59,622 nucleotides of DNA from Acidobacteriota bacterium (GCA_031414155.1 JANNUY010000037.1:1-59622), one strand, 5' to 3'. Counted from the stretch's first letter, positions 8,423-19,020 are shown. Notes: generated from the letters alone by a model not told the origin. Program-made: numbers and translations.

Positions 8423-10555
8423 CTAGAACGAAACCGCCACCGGCTTGCCGGTACGCAACGCATCCTCAACACCCAACGTCGCCAATGTGGTCAGCGCCAA
8501 ACTTCGATAGCTTATCGGCATCGCACCTCCTTGCTTAACCGCTTGCACGAAAGAACCCAACGCTTGATCGAATCCTTTATCCTGCGTCAACCGCTTCGTC
8601 ACCGTGCGCTTCCCTTCGCGCCATTCTTCTAACAACCGGAAATCATCCAGAATGGCAGTGCGATTGCCGCCAAAAACTTCAACTCGTTCCTTCGCCAGTC
8701 CACGATCTCCGGTAGCGAAATAATTTATGTTACCGACTGAACCGTTGCTGAATTTAATCACGATGCTTAACGTATCCCGACCTGCCGCGCTGGCATAAGC
8801 AAATACTTCAACTGGTTCTTCTTCCGTCAGAAACTGCATTAAATCTACGAAATGACAGACTTCACCGATAATCCGCCCGCCTCCTTCGGCTTGCTGAATC
8901 CAGCTTTCGCGCGGAACGGCTCCGGCATTGACCCGGTAGCTAATCGCCAGCGTCTGCGCATCGGCAAAAACGTTTTTTAGTTGTGCGGCTAACGTCGAAA
9001 AGCGACGATTAAATCCCACAAAAACACGCTCACCGTGCGCGGCTACCGCTTCATTGATTTGGTGCAATCCTGCTTCATCAACCGATAAGGGCTTTTCCAC
9101 ATAAACCATTTTCCCCGCTGCTAACGCTTCTGACGTTATCCGCGCATGGCTATCGTGGCGCGTAGCAATTAAAACCGCGTTCACCTGTTCATCCTGTAAT
9201 AACTCACGATAATCGGTCGTACACGTGGCAAAGCCATATTGCTCGCCTACGGTTTTGGCGCTTCGCCCGGTTGCCGTAGCAATGCCTAATAACTGAATAT
9301 CTTTGAGCTTGGCTAAACGCGGCAATAAAACGCCCTTCGCAAAATTCCCCGCGCCAATCACTCCCAATCGAATTTGCGGGTGCGCTTTGACTGAACTTCC
9401 CAGTGCTATGGTTCGCGGCCCTTGCGCGGAGAGGTCGCCGTAAGTTAGCAAAACGCCAAGGTATGACTCTTTTTTCTTACCCGTAATAATGTCGTAAGCC
9501 ATTTCAGCCTGAGCAATAGGAAACCGGTGAGAAATAAGTCGAGTTACATTTACCGCCTTGACTGAAATCAACCGCAAGAATTCCTGCATATTGCGCCGCT
9601 CCGTCCAACGCACATAACCCAGCGGATAATCTACGCCTTGCTCTTCATATTGCGTGTCGTAACGTCCCGGCCCATAAGAACGAGACAACCTCAACTGTAA
9701 CTCTTTTTCGTAGTATGATTTGCGCGGCAAATCCATTTTTACCGCTCCCACCATTGAAACAATCGCCCGATCACGGGCAATTTCTCCGGCTAACTCAAGT
9801 GGGTCGTTCGTGTCAGTCGCCGCTGTGATGATAATGGCATCAGCACCGCCGCCCGCCGTCATCTCGCGCACCGCCAGCTCAACATCTGCGCTGCGCAACA
9901 CAGCAACATCAGATCCCAAACTGCGAGCTAGATCCAGCTTGTTAGTCTCAAAATCAATCCCGATAACCCGACAGCCTGCCGCTTTTAGAATTTGTACGGT
10001 TAGCAACCCCAAAATTCCCAAGCCAATAACAGCGACACATTCGCCTAGCTTAGCCTCTGAGGTTCTAACACCTTGCAGCGCAATCGCGCCTAAAGTAACA
10101 AACGCAGCTTCTTCAAAAGTAACTTCTTCAGGGATTTTTACCGTTAAATTTTTAGGAACGTAAACCACCTCTGCGTGCGAGGCATAGTTCATACCGGCAC
10201 ACGCCACACGCTCGCCCGTCTGAAACTCTTCCGCTCCTACGCCGACCTCGCAAATTGTTCCAGCGCAGCTATACCCCAAAGCCAGCGGCGCATCGAGTTT
10301 AGCATTGACCGTGTTGAGCGTATTCATTAGCCCATCGCGTTTGAGCTTTTGCCATACCTGACGAACCAAATCAGGCCGCTCTTTGGCCTTACCCACCAAC
10401 GATTTTTGCGCGAGGCCAATCGTCATCTTCTCTGTCCCTGCGCTGATTAACGAAGCGGCATTCCTAACCAACACTCCGCCCCCTTTGCCCATCGTTTTCG
10501 GCACCTCTGCGATTTCTAGTTTTCCCGTGCGAAAGTTTTGTAAAACCTGCTTCAT
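8423..10555 (-). CDS. Bi-domain oxidoreductase: Zn-type alcohol dehydrogenase (MDR) fused to Gfo/Idh/MocA
   Basis: The N-terminal half has a GroES-like domain plus a Rossmann fold (VAVIGLGILGLL). The C-terminal half has IRLGVIGAGNFA...EKP, a Gfo/Idh/MocA signature. Confidence 0.8.
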   Translation of the reverse strand: MKQVLQNFRTGKLEIAEVPKTMGKGGGVLVRNAASLISAGTEKMTIGLAQKSLVGKAKERPDLVRQVWQKLKRDGLMNTLNTVNAKLDAPLALGYSCAGTICEVGVGAEEFQTGERVACAGMNYASHAEVVYVPKNLTVKIPEEVTFEEAAFVTLGAIALQGVRTSEAKLGECVAVIGLGILGLLTVQILKAAGCRVIGIDFETNKLDLARSLGSDVAVLRSADVELAVREMTAGGGADAIIITAATDTNDPLELAGEIARDRAIVSMVGAVKMDLPRKSYYEKELQLRLSRSYGPGRYDTQYEEQGVDYPLGYVRWTERRNMQEFLRLISVKAVNVTRLISHRFPIAQAEMAYDIITGKKKESYLGVLLTYGDLSAQGPRTIALGSSVKAHPQIRLGVIGAGNFAKGVLLPRLAKLKDIQLLGIATATGRSAKTVGEQYGFATCTTDYRELLQDEQVNAVLIATRHDSHARITSEALAAGKMVYVEKPLSVDEAGLHQINEAVAAHGERVFVGFNRRFSTLAAQLKNVFADAQTLAISYRVNAGAVPRESWIQQAEGGGRIIGEVCHFVDLMQFLTEEEPVEVFAYASAAGRDTLSIVIKFSNGSVGNINYFATGDRGLAKERVEVFGGNRTAILDDFRLLEEWREGKRTVTKRLTQDKGFDQALGSFVQAVKQGGAMPISYRSLALTTLATLGVEDALRTGKPVAVSF

Positions 10556-10567
10556 GCTCGCCTTAAT

Positions 10568-12466
10568 TTACCAATTATTCGTAATGTACTTGCGGTACCA
10601 CGCGTCAAAAATTAAAATTGAAAATAGCTCGTATGAGTTATCGCGCTTACCTCGCCGATGCTCTTCACGCATTTTCGTAATCGCGTCATAGTAAAAGATG
10701 CCTTCCCGCTCGACATAATCACGGGGCAACAACTCGTCAAAATAACTGTCAAGCTTGGTACGCATCCAGTTACCTAAGGGTACGTTAAAACCTTTTTTCG
10801 GTATTTTTTGATTTTCCGATGGAATTAAATCGGCAAACGCGCGCCGCAAAATTTGCTTACTACCCTGCGCATTAAGCTTCAGCGAAAAAGGGATGCGAAA
10901 GGCCAACTCCACCAATCGGTAATCGAGATAAGGCACGCGCAACTCAAGTCCCCAAGCCATGCTCATCTTGTCTGAATACTCTAACAAGTTGTCCGGCAAA
11001 AATGTCTCTACATCAAGTAGAGAAAACCGGTTTCCATCTTCTAAATTTTTAGGATAGTCATCTAAATGCCGCCTCAGCACTCGATGCGAAGGTAGCACAG
11101 CTTTTGCGCGCGGCTGCAAAAGTTGCCCTTTTCGCTCTTCGTTCAAGTAATAAACCCATTGCAGGTATTGCCGCGCCTCGTCTTTATCTAAGCCATCCAA
11201 TAAAGCTCGCCAGCGGTGTAAACGGCGATCAGCGAAACTATCTGACGCAACCGACAGTAATTTCAGCCCAGCTTTGGCTATCGGAGATGGAATAAATTTT
11301 AACCAGCGCGCCGCTTGCACCGCACGATAACGCGGATACCCACCGAACAATTCATCCCCTCCCGCCCCAGACAATGCCACCGTGACATGCTCGCGCGTGT
11401 ATTGCGACAACAAATAGGTTAAAAAAAAAGTCGTGTTACCAAACGGCTGATCGAAATGCTGAACCATATCGAGCATCTTTTCGGGATGAGAAAGATCAAT
11501 CGGCAACTCATAATGCTCAGTGCCAAAACGTTCCGCCACTCTGCGCGCTTCTACTCGCTCGTCGTAATAATCCAACCCTGCGCCTTCAAACAACACCGTG
11601 AACGTTTTAACCGGTTTTCGGGATGCCTGCGCCATCAGTCCGACAATCAGGTTGGAATCAACGCCACCCGATAAAAAAGCACCCAACGGCACATCGCTGA
11701 CCATCTGCTTATGCACTGCGTCAGTAAATAAATCACGTACTTCTTTCTCTAACTGCCTGGAGTCTCCTGTTTTTTCGACTTGCTTAACCTCCATCACCCG
11801 CCAGTAAGACTGAATTTTAACAATTCGCTTTGCCTCAAGATCGAACTCAAGCCAGTGCGCGGGCGGCAATTGGAAAATACCCTGGTAAATAGTTTGCGGG
11901 CTTGGCACGTATAGAAAAGAAAAGAAATCAGAAACCGATTGCTCATCAATGACTGGGGAATAATAACCCGACGCAAGTATTGCTTTAATTTCTGACCCAA
12001 AAATAAACTTGCCGCCTGACTGAGTGTAATAAAGCGGCTTAACACCGAGATGATCCCGCACCAAAAATAGCCGCGCTTTCTTAACATCATAAAGCGCGAA
12101 AGCAAACATACCGTTTAGCATGCCGAAGGCCGCAACTCCACGTTCTTCATATAAGTGCAGGATGATTTCCGTGTCGGAACCTGAGCGAATTTGATGGCGG
12201 GGCAGATCTAGCTGTTTTTTTAGTTCGAGATAATTGTATATTTCTCCGTTAAAAGTGATCCAAACACTTTCATCTTCATTAGCCATAGGCTGCCGCCCCA
12301 GCGATGAGAGATCAATGATGCTTAGGCGACGATGCCCCAACCCTAACTCATGGCGCGTGAGCATCTCCACCCCCTCTGCGTCAGGCCCGCGGTGTGCAAG
12401 GGTGCGCGCCATCCTTTCCACTACCGCCCGTTCTGAAATTCCAACGACACCGCAAATGCCACACAT
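10568..12466 (-). CDS. Asparagine synthase-like glutamine-dependent amidotransferase (AsnB family), copy 1
   Basis: Starts MCGICGV (Ntn Cys2). Has HRGPD, RRLSIIDL and the PP-loop SGGVDS. Confidence 0.9.
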   Translation of the reverse strand: MCGICGVVGISERAVVERMARTLAHRGPDAEGVEMLTRHELGLGHRRLSIIDLSSLGRQPMANEDESVWITFNGEIYNYLELKKQLDLPRHQIRSGSDTEIILHLYEERGVAAFGMLNGMFAFALYDVKKARLFLVRDHLGVKPLYYTQSGGKFIFGSEIKAILASGYYSPVIDEQSVSDFFSFLYVPSPQTIYQGIFQLPPAHWLEFDLEAKRIVKIQSYWRVMEVKQVEKTGDSRQLEKEVRDLFTDAVHKQMVSDVPLGAFLSGGVDSNLIVGLMAQASRKPVKTFTVLFEGAGLDYYDERVEARRVAERFGTEHYELPIDLSHPEKMLDMVQHFDQPFGNTTFFLTYLLSQYTREHVTVALSGAGGDELFGGYPRYRAVQAARWLKFIPSPIAKAGLKLLSVASDSFADRRLHRWRALLDGLDKDEARQYLQWVYYLNEERKGQLLQPRAKAVLPSHRVLRRHLDDYPKNLEDGNRFSLLDVETFLPDNLLEYSDKMSMAWGLELRVPYLDYRLVELAFRIPFSLKLNAQGSKQILRRAFADLIPSENQKIPKKGFNVPLGNWMRTKLDSYFDELLPRDYVEREGIFYYDAITKMREEHRRGKRDNSYELFSILIFDAWYRKYITNNW

Positions 12467-12471
12467 AATCG

Positions 12472-14229
12472 TCAGATCCGCCCTAACTCGAATAAAGCAT
12501 AATGCTCATCTTTCCATAATAACTGACAGCGAAAATATTGCGGTAGCCGGGTAGTGTCAAGGCTAAGGTTTTGAGGTAACAAGGCGTAACGTAACGGCTC
12601 TAGAACATTTAGCTTAGGCTCTCTCTCCCAAGCCTTGAAAAGCTGTTGAAGGTCTCTTTCCATTGACTGCATGCGCAACTGGCTTTCGACATTTGGCGGG
12701 CGTTGGAGTTGCTGAAAAAATACATCAATGGGCTTGGTTTTTAACCAGACAGAAAAATCATCTTCACTCACCCCGCGCAACCATTGCGTGGCTACGACTC
12801 GCTCTCTCATTGCCACCTCGGTGGCTGCTGTTTCATTCAACAACATATAGCGTGAGAAATACGAGATGGCATTGGTATAAAGCGGGATAGCCTCACGCAC
12901 TTGCTCGACAGGGCAATAAACTAGCGCCCCGGCGGGCAGGTATTGCCGTATAGCTTGCATTGCGGCCTGACCGAGAGCCGCTTCACGCCCTAGCGAAGCT
13001 ACCTCTCGGTAACGCGCGCATTGAAAAACGACCGCAACAATCAAACAACCCGCAATCGCTGCTAATTGTAAATAACGCGCGAACAACGAAAAGCGAATCC
13101 AACGTTGAATTATCCAAAGACCTAGCTCTGCTATCGCCAAGTTCATCGCGGGACGGCCAAAATAATGCAAATAATGATAGGGCTGGATAAAAATCCCGGT
13201 CAGAACGTTTTGCAAAGCCCCCAGCGCGATTACTAGGTTTAATACGAAAGGAACCCATAATCGAGCGCGCTGTTCGCGGTTGAAAAACATTACCCCCAAT
13301 AACACCGCACTCATCGTCAAGGTAATCCATATAGCCGGGTCGGTAGGCAAAATCCGCGTATGCGCTGAAGCAGCAGATTGGCTAACCTGGCTAAAGTTCT
13401 TTATTACTGACAAAAAATAAGGCAGCGCAATGATCAGTCCAAGCAGAGCAGCAAACAACCAGCCTTTCAGCCTGTCAGGGTGCTGCCAACGAACCACCAA
13501 AGCGCCTAGCACAAACCAGCCTAGCAATATCGTCCAACTAAAATAGTAACAATAAAAGCTGGCGCCAAAGCCGATGCCAACAAGAACACTTATGCTTCGA
13601 TATAAATTCTGGCGGTTTACCCGCAATAAGGCCAGTGACAGAGCTATGGTGAAATAATGAATTACGGCGCTGAGCTGAGGCTGATAGCGCCTGCTATAAG
13701 ATAACGACAAATGAAATCCAGGATCGGAACCAGTCAACAAAGCCGTAGTGTAACGGAATTGCATCAGCCACAGCACGGGCGGAAGCATAAGTAATGAAAA
13801 AATGACGCACAATACTATGCTCGAAGTTTCTTTTATGCCGCTTAACCAGACGATGTATGAAAATAAAAAACCAATTATTGTAGGTAAAACGAAACTACCT
13901 AACATCAATAGGGCCGTGACTGACAGATTGGTTAATCGAGCCAATTGCCCGATAAACCAGGACGGGAAAAATTGTGCCGTCGCAAAAGAAAATGGAGCCG
14001 CCGACCATGGATCAATGTGGTAAGGGTCAGGTTGCGCTACATGCTCACCGGCGGCACGTGAAGCCCCTACGGCATAAGAAATTTCGTCATAATTTTCTTC
14101 GAGCAATAATTGAGGGGAATGCCAATGCCATAGGTGAAAAAGCTGCGGTAAAAAATAGACCGCCCCTATCACCAATGCTGTCAATAAAGCCCATTTGAAA
14201 GGAAATAGCGCGCCGGAAGAAGAGGTCAT
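12472..14229 (-). CDS. Polytopic membrane protein of unknown family (possible GT-C-like) with a ~190-aa C-terminal soluble domain
   Basis: ORF 12472..14235 begins at TTG. The in-frame ATG at 14229 overlaps the upstream TGA by 1 nt (TGATG). There are about 11-12 hydrophobic segments, and an acidic EENYDE motif follows the first of them. I recognise no family signature. Confidence 0.6.
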   Translation of the reverse strand: MTSSSGALFPFKWALLTALVIGAVYFLPQLFHLWHWHSPQLLLEENYDEISYAVGASRAAGEHVAQPDPYHIDPWSAAPFSFATAQFFPSWFIGQLARLTNLSVTALLMLGSFVLPTIIGFLFSYIVWLSGIKETSSIVLCVIFSLLMLPPVLWLMQFRYTTALLTGSDPGFHLSLSYSRRYQPQLSAVIHYFTIALSLALLRVNRQNLYRSISVLVGIGFGASFYCYYFSWTILLGWFVLGALVVRWQHPDRLKGWLFAALLGLIIALPYFLSVIKNFSQVSQSAASAHTRILPTDPAIWITLTMSAVLLGVMFFNREQRARLWVPFVLNLVIALGALQNVLTGIFIQPYHYLHYFGRPAMNLAIAELGLWIIQRWIRFSLFARYLQLAAIAGCLIVAVVFQCARYREVASLGREAALGQAAMQAIRQYLPAGALVYCPVEQVREAIPLYTNAISYFSRYMLLNETAATEVAMRERVVATQWLRGVSEDDFSVWLKTKPIDVFFQQLQRPPNVESQLRMQSMERDLQQLFKAWEREPKLNVLEPLRYALLPQNLSLDTTRLPQYFRCQLLWKDEHYALFELGRI

Positions 14230-15155
14230 CAACAATTAGGACTGGGGGCAGAAGGTGTTAAAGCCGGACGCAAAGGCTGCCTTTGTTTTAATTGCTGTTC
14301 ATAGAGTTTGGCTGAGATTACTGATTCGTGCATCATCATTAACGAGCAAAATAAAAGCCCCGCGCGTCCATCCAGAAATCCGCGCTTGACTATATACATC
14401 CAGATAAATCGCAACAGCGGTCTTGCGGGCAAACGTGCCCACCAATATTTGATAAAACGTTTTCTCTCAACCGGTGAGCCAAAAAAAGATGCATTAATCG
14501 CGTCGCTTCCTGTCGCATTATTCGCCAAATTAAAATAGACGCGAGCCTCCCAGGTTGAATAGCGATTGTGTCGCTCGACGAAATGATAAATGCTTTTGAA
14601 GTCTTCGTGAAGCAGATCGTTTTTTAAATACGCGACCTGCCCTGAAAAAACTACGTGTTCATGAACTTCGACATCGCCAGCGTGTTGAATATCCTCTGTC
14701 TTTAATTGCTCAAAGCGACCCATTCGATGCTTAAATAAACGTAAGTTCCAGCTAGGATACCAACCGCAATGCTTTATCCAGCGGCCTAAAAAGATCAGCT
14801 TGCGATTGACGTAATATCCTTCGACCTTATCGGCTTGCCTCCATAGGCGGCGAATCTCTGCCTCTAACTCAGGAGTGACGCGTTCGTCAGCATCTAGTAA
14901 CAATATCCACTCATTCGAAAAGCTCAGAGTTTCCAATGCCCAGTTTTTCTTTTTTGGGCCGCCCAGTTGCCAGTCAAATTGAACCACCTTGGCACGATGC
15001 GATTCAGCCAGAGCTACCGTTTCATCGGTACTATGCGAATCAACCACCCAGACTTCGTCAGCCCAGGCAACCGAGGCTAGGCAGTCTGCAATATTCATGG
15101 CCTCGTTTTTGACTGGGACGATAACCGATATAGGTAATTTATCTTGGTTAGACAT
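14229..15155 (-). CDS. GT2 (GT-A) glycosyltransferase
   Basis: ISVIVPVKNEAMNI...VVDSHSTDETV...LLLDADERV (DxD). It abuts the upstream gene's stop (15156). Confidence 0.85.
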   Translation of the reverse strand: MSNQDKLPISVIVPVKNEAMNIADCLASVAWADEVWVVDSHSTDETVALAESHRAKVVQFDWQLGGPKKKNWALETLSFSNEWILLLDADERVTPELEAEIRRLWRQADKVEGYYVNRKLIFLGRWIKHCGWYPSWNLRLFKHRMGRFEQLKTEDIQHAGDVEVHEHVVFSGQVAYLKNDLLHEDFKSIYHFVERHNRYSTWEARVYFNLANNATGSDAINASFFGSPVERKRFIKYWWARLPARPLLRFIWMYIVKRGFLDGRAGLLFCSLMMMHESVISAKLYEQQLKQRQPLRPALTPSAPSPNC

Positions 15156-16343
15156 TCAGTGGTCTGATTGAGCCATAGTTTTATCAACCAATTGCATAAG
15201 ATTGGTTACGTGGTCGTCCCATGAGAACTCTTTAGCGCGAGTGCTTCCCTCTTGAATAAGCTTATCGCTTAACTGCCGATCACGTATAACGCGAATTACT
15301 TGGTCGGCTAATTGCTGCTCGTTAAAAACGTCAAAATAAACCGCCGCCTCTGCGCAAACCTCTCGATGTACGGGCAGATTCGCCGCCACAATGGGCAGGC
15401 CATGAGCCATCGCTTCTAACATAGGGTGCCCAAAACTTTCCGCGTAAGAGGGGCAGACATAAACATCCGCAGCCTTATAGACGTTGACAAGCTGATCATA
15501 CTCAACCGCCCCTAACATAGTAAGGCAATCTTCGATCTCATTTTTTTTTACCAACACCGCTACTTTATCAGTATTATATCCACCATATTTTTTGCCGCCT
15601 TTCAAATCGGTGGTAAGGATTAACCGAATCGGCACGCCAAGTGATTCTTTGATAAGCGGCAAAGCAGCTAAAAGTGTTTCAAAGTTACGGAAATAGTTAT
15701 AGTGGCTAACGTAAAGCAGGCTTTTCGCTTCATGCGGGTTAACGAGTTTTCTCGCTTGAGCAAGGGACGCCCCTTGCTGCTGTTTCATAAAAACTTCTGA
15801 ATCAAACCCGAATGGAAAAACGTTTACTTTTTCACTTGGCACGCCCGCGCACATCAAATGTGCAGCCATCGCCTTAGTAGGAGTTACGTAAGAAGTGGAT
15901 GCCCGCAAGGAAAGATTCGACAGCCAAGTTTTCACTTTATGGTCAATCAGCATCCTCCATTCTTTACGCTTACGTAAGTCTGTACTAAAGTATTTAGAAA
16001 AATAAAGCTCGTTTCGACAGAATAAAATTTGCGGAACAGGCGATCTCAAAAGCGCAAAATTACCCAGTGAAATTAACAAATCACCTTGTTGCTGAAGAAT
16101 AACATCCCGAAGCGAACGCTGCTCCCACCAAACGCGCGCGGCAGTTCCTGTTAAAGCAGGAGCCGGTATGATGGTAAGAAATGATCGGCATTGTTCTACC
16201 CAATCAGCGCTGTGCTTGGCTGGTAAGAAAACCAAAAACTCATGCAAGTGGCTCCATGCGGAAAGCCGTGGCAATACATTTCGTAAATAGGTAACACCGC
16301 CGCCTGCGGTTGAGGCTAAAGCGTTTATGAAGATTTTAGCCAT
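15156..16343 (-). CDS. GT4 (GT-B) glycosyltransferase
   Basis: The C-terminal domain carries ESFGHPMLEAMAHGLPIV (EX7E motif). Confidence 0.85.
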   Translation of the reverse strand: MAKIFINALASTAGGGVTYLRNVLPRLSAWSHLHEFLVFLPAKHSADWVEQCRSFLTIIPAPALTGTAARVWWEQRSLRDVILQQQGDLLISLGNFALLRSPVPQILFCRNELYFSKYFSTDLRKRKEWRMLIDHKVKTWLSNLSLRASTSYVTPTKAMAAHLMCAGVPSEKVNVFPFGFDSEVFMKQQQGASLAQARKLVNPHEAKSLLYVSHYNYFRNFETLLAALPLIKESLGVPIRLILTTDLKGGKKYGGYNTDKVAVLVKKNEIEDCLTMLGAVEYDQLVNVYKAADVYVCPSYAESFGHPMLEAMAHGLPIVAANLPVHREVCAEAAVYFDVFNEQQLADQVIRVIRDRQLSDKLIQEGSTRAKEFSWDDHVTNLMQLVDKTMAQSDH

Positions 16344-17601
16344 AAGCCGCAGATGGTTCTTTGTTGGCCGTCACCGTCAGCGTGTAACTTAACCACCCCG
16401 CAACCCAGAGCAGTGCCCAAACTTGATGAGACATAACAAAAGTCTCCCACCACCAAGTTTTCACCACCCCATCAAAAAAATAGCCGCGATTTACAGCCCA
16501 AGCGAGCGCTGCCGCTCCTGGTACCAAAAAAGGCAAACAACCCGTAAAAACAGCACGGGCGGAATATGTTGTCGTTACTCCTTCACCCCAGAGTGAAAGC
16601 GCCCACGCCACAACAAAAAGCAATAGACTCGCATCATAAAACCTATGATAAAAAGGCAGCAAAGCAATTGTCACTACAGCGGCTGACGTTAGTAGCGGGG
16701 GCGGAAGTTGTTTTTTATTTTTGTGCCTGGCGATAAGCCCAATCGCTAATAAGCCTATCAAAACCAACATCACCCCACTCACCACCAACTGACTTTCGAA
16801 GACTGTATAAAGCAGCCTTTGTAAATTTATCAGATCGTGACGCAAAGGGTTCGCCGACGACGGGTCATTTTCATGGCCTGCAACTAAAAATGCTTTTATC
16901 AGTCGGCTGTAATCTCCCCACCAGCCAGGGGCCTGCTTCTGCATCCATAACGCAGTGGCGATAAATATCACTACCCAGCCTGTGAGGCTGGCAACGACGG
17001 GCTTCCAGCATCGCCGAAGCATTAACATAACAATAAACACTGCTCCAATCTGCGGCTTCAACATCAGGCTTACCAACAGAAAGGCGCTAGCTGCCCAAAT
17101 CCGCTGCCGCTCACTTGCCCACCATCCAATAATTCCTATACTAATTGCCGGAATAGCTAAATTTCCCGTAGCCATTCCGGTGTGCCACGGAGCCCAAGCC
17201 AGACCCGTAATCCACAAAACCAGCGATTGCGGGCGGTAAAACGCGCCGCCTAGCGAGAAGCTCAACACGGCCAGCACTGCGACCAGCCCAGCCGTGTCAA
17301 TAAAGAGTAAAAAGTAGCGAAAATACTGCCACGGCAATTGAGAAAATATGGAAAGTATAACAAGCGTTGTAGGCGGGTAAATGGCCGAAGTAAATGTCGG
17401 GATTGAGGTATCGCCGGATTTGTTTGTGAGTTCCAATCTGGCACTTTCAAGTAACGCGCCATTATAAGGATTATGTTTTTTTACTAGCAGTTGTGAGCCT
17501 AAATAAGGGCAAAGGCTGTCGCGCGTTTCAGACATTCGCATCGGCCCACGCCAAATAAACCAACAAACAGCGAGTGCTAGTAAAAAAAAATATTTAGCCA
17601 T
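16336..17601 (-). CDS. DUF2029 / GT87-like polytopic membrane glycosyltransferase (GT-C fold candidate)
   Basis: About 10-12 TM segments and an AIYPPTTLVILSIF motif (the YPP motif typical of DUF2029). 8-nt overlap with the downstream GT4. Confidence 0.6.
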   Translation of the reverse strand: MAKYFFLLALAVCWFIWRGPMRMSETRDSLCPYLGSQLLVKKHNPYNGALLESARLELTNKSGDTSIPTFTSAIYPPTTLVILSIFSQLPWQYFRYFLLFIDTAGLVAVLAVLSFSLGGAFYRPQSLVLWITGLAWAPWHTGMATGNLAIPAISIGIIGWWASERQRIWAASAFLLVSLMLKPQIGAVFIVMLMLRRCWKPVVASLTGWVVIFIATALWMQKQAPGWWGDYSRLIKAFLVAGHENDPSSANPLRHDLINLQRLLYTVFESQLVVSGVMLVLIGLLAIGLIARHKNKKQLPPPLLTSAAVVTIALLPFYHRFYDASLLLFVVAWALSLWGEGVTTTYSARAVFTGCLPFLVPGAAALAWAVNRGYFFDGVVKTWWWETFVMSHQVWALLWVAGWLSYTLTVTANKEPSAAYG

Positions 17602-17617
17602 TTAGGAAACAATTAGT

Positions 17618-19009
17618 TCATAACCCTGCTTGTCGCGGCAAGCGATGCAAATCGTTAAAAGCAATGAGTGGGCTTTCGTTGGCAGGTTTCGGTGCAACAG
17701 CCCATCCCCATTGCGCAACGATACCACTGATAGGTACCCAGAACATCAGTGAGATGATATTGCCAACCGAAAACATCCAGCTTTCGAAGAAAGCGTTTAC
17801 GGCTCCCGATAAAAAGATAGAGATAAACACTGCATTGATATTCCGCTGCAAAAAACTTTCGTGCCGCTGCACTAGGTTCACGCCGCAGCTCCAAGCGCGA
17901 TAAAAAATCAGTAATAATAATCCAATGCCGGGCAAGCCTAGGTCTCCAAACAGTTCTAAATAACTGTTATGTACGTGGCGGCCCGCCGTTTTGTCTCCGG
18001 TAAAAGGGAAAGCCAACAAATGTGACGTTGCAAACCCATAGCCGGTCATCTTCTCTTTCCAATACAACGGCCATACGCCCATCCATAGTCCATAACGACG
18101 CTCTTCTAGAATTTGTGTGGCGACGTCGGTGATTTCCGCTCGTTCGACCGTGTCTTTCCGAATAAAGCTCATGACATTGTTTTTCACCGTCGGGAATATG
18201 ACAAATGCCAAAGCTAAAGCAACGGCAGCAATAATTATTTTCAGGCGGCTTTCAAGATTTACAATAAAAAAATAAACGCTGACTGAGATTAAAGTAGCTA
18301 ACAAGCCCCCGCGCGAATTTGATAACCACAAGCCGATGAAAATTACAGCTAACAACCCTAAATCAATAATTCGGTCACGACGGGTTTGGGCATCTACGTG
18401 CCAATGAAAAAGCACGTAAGGGGTAATGAGGGCGGAAAAAATACCAAAAAGATTTTGATTACTGAACGGGCCTGCGTATTGCCCCATCAACACGGTCGCG
18501 CCGTACTCGCCTAAACCGGTAAGGTGCAGGGCGAGCGGTAGCGGTAACAAGCAAAGCGCAATGTAATAATGAAATCGAAAGAATTGCAGGCACTTGGCTC
18601 GCCAATACAAATATCGCAACGATCCCGTAACAATGGATAATGCAACTAACACAAAACTGGCTGCTCGCATAAACGAGTAGCTAATGTCCTCGGCATACGT
18701 CGTAGAAATAAATACGTCCAACAGAAACAATCCTGTTAAAATCAACAGCACGGAATCTACGCGCATTTCGTCAGGTTGTCGTTCCCGCAACGAAACTAAA
18801 ACCATCACCCCGAGTAACGCCCAGCGTATCAAGCTAAGCACACCTTGCGACTCACCACTCAGGGCTTCCGCCTCTGAAAGTGAGCCTTTATTCGTGATAA
18901 AAAATAACAGAATAAGAAAAAAAGCGCCGTAAGCGCGTAAAAAGCCATGCGTGAAGCGATAATAAAGAAGATATAAAACCGTCAATATCAGTACGATTGA
19001 AACAATCAT
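17618..19009 (-). CDS. wzy: O-antigen ligase/polymerase family protein (Wzy-like)
   Basis: Polytopic. SNSRGGLLATLISV and HNSYLELFGDLGLPG motifs are characteristic of the Wzy_C/O-antigen ligase domain. Confidence 0.75.
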   Translation of the reverse strand: MIVSIVLILTVLYLLYYRFTHGFLRAYGAFFLILLFFITNKGSLSEAEALSGESQGVLSLIRWALLGVMVLVSLRERQPDEMRVDSVLLILTGLFLLDVFISTTYAEDISYSFMRAASFVLVALSIVTGSLRYLYWRAKCLQFFRFHYYIALCLLPLPLALHLTGLGEYGATVLMGQYAGPFSNQNLFGIFSALITPYVLFHWHVDAQTRRDRIIDLGLLAVIFIGLWLSNSRGGLLATLISVSVYFFIVNLESRLKIIIAAVALALAFVIFPTVKNNVMSFIRKDTVERAEITDVATQILEERRYGLWMGVWPLYWKEKMTGYGFATSHLLAFPFTGDKTAGRHVHNSYLELFGDLGLPGIGLLLLIFYRAWSCGVNLVQRHESFLQRNINAVFISIFLSGAVNAFFESWMFSVGNIISLMFWVPISGIVAQWGWAVAPKPANESPLIAFNDLHRLPRQAGL

Positions 19010-19020
19010 AGGAAGTTTTG

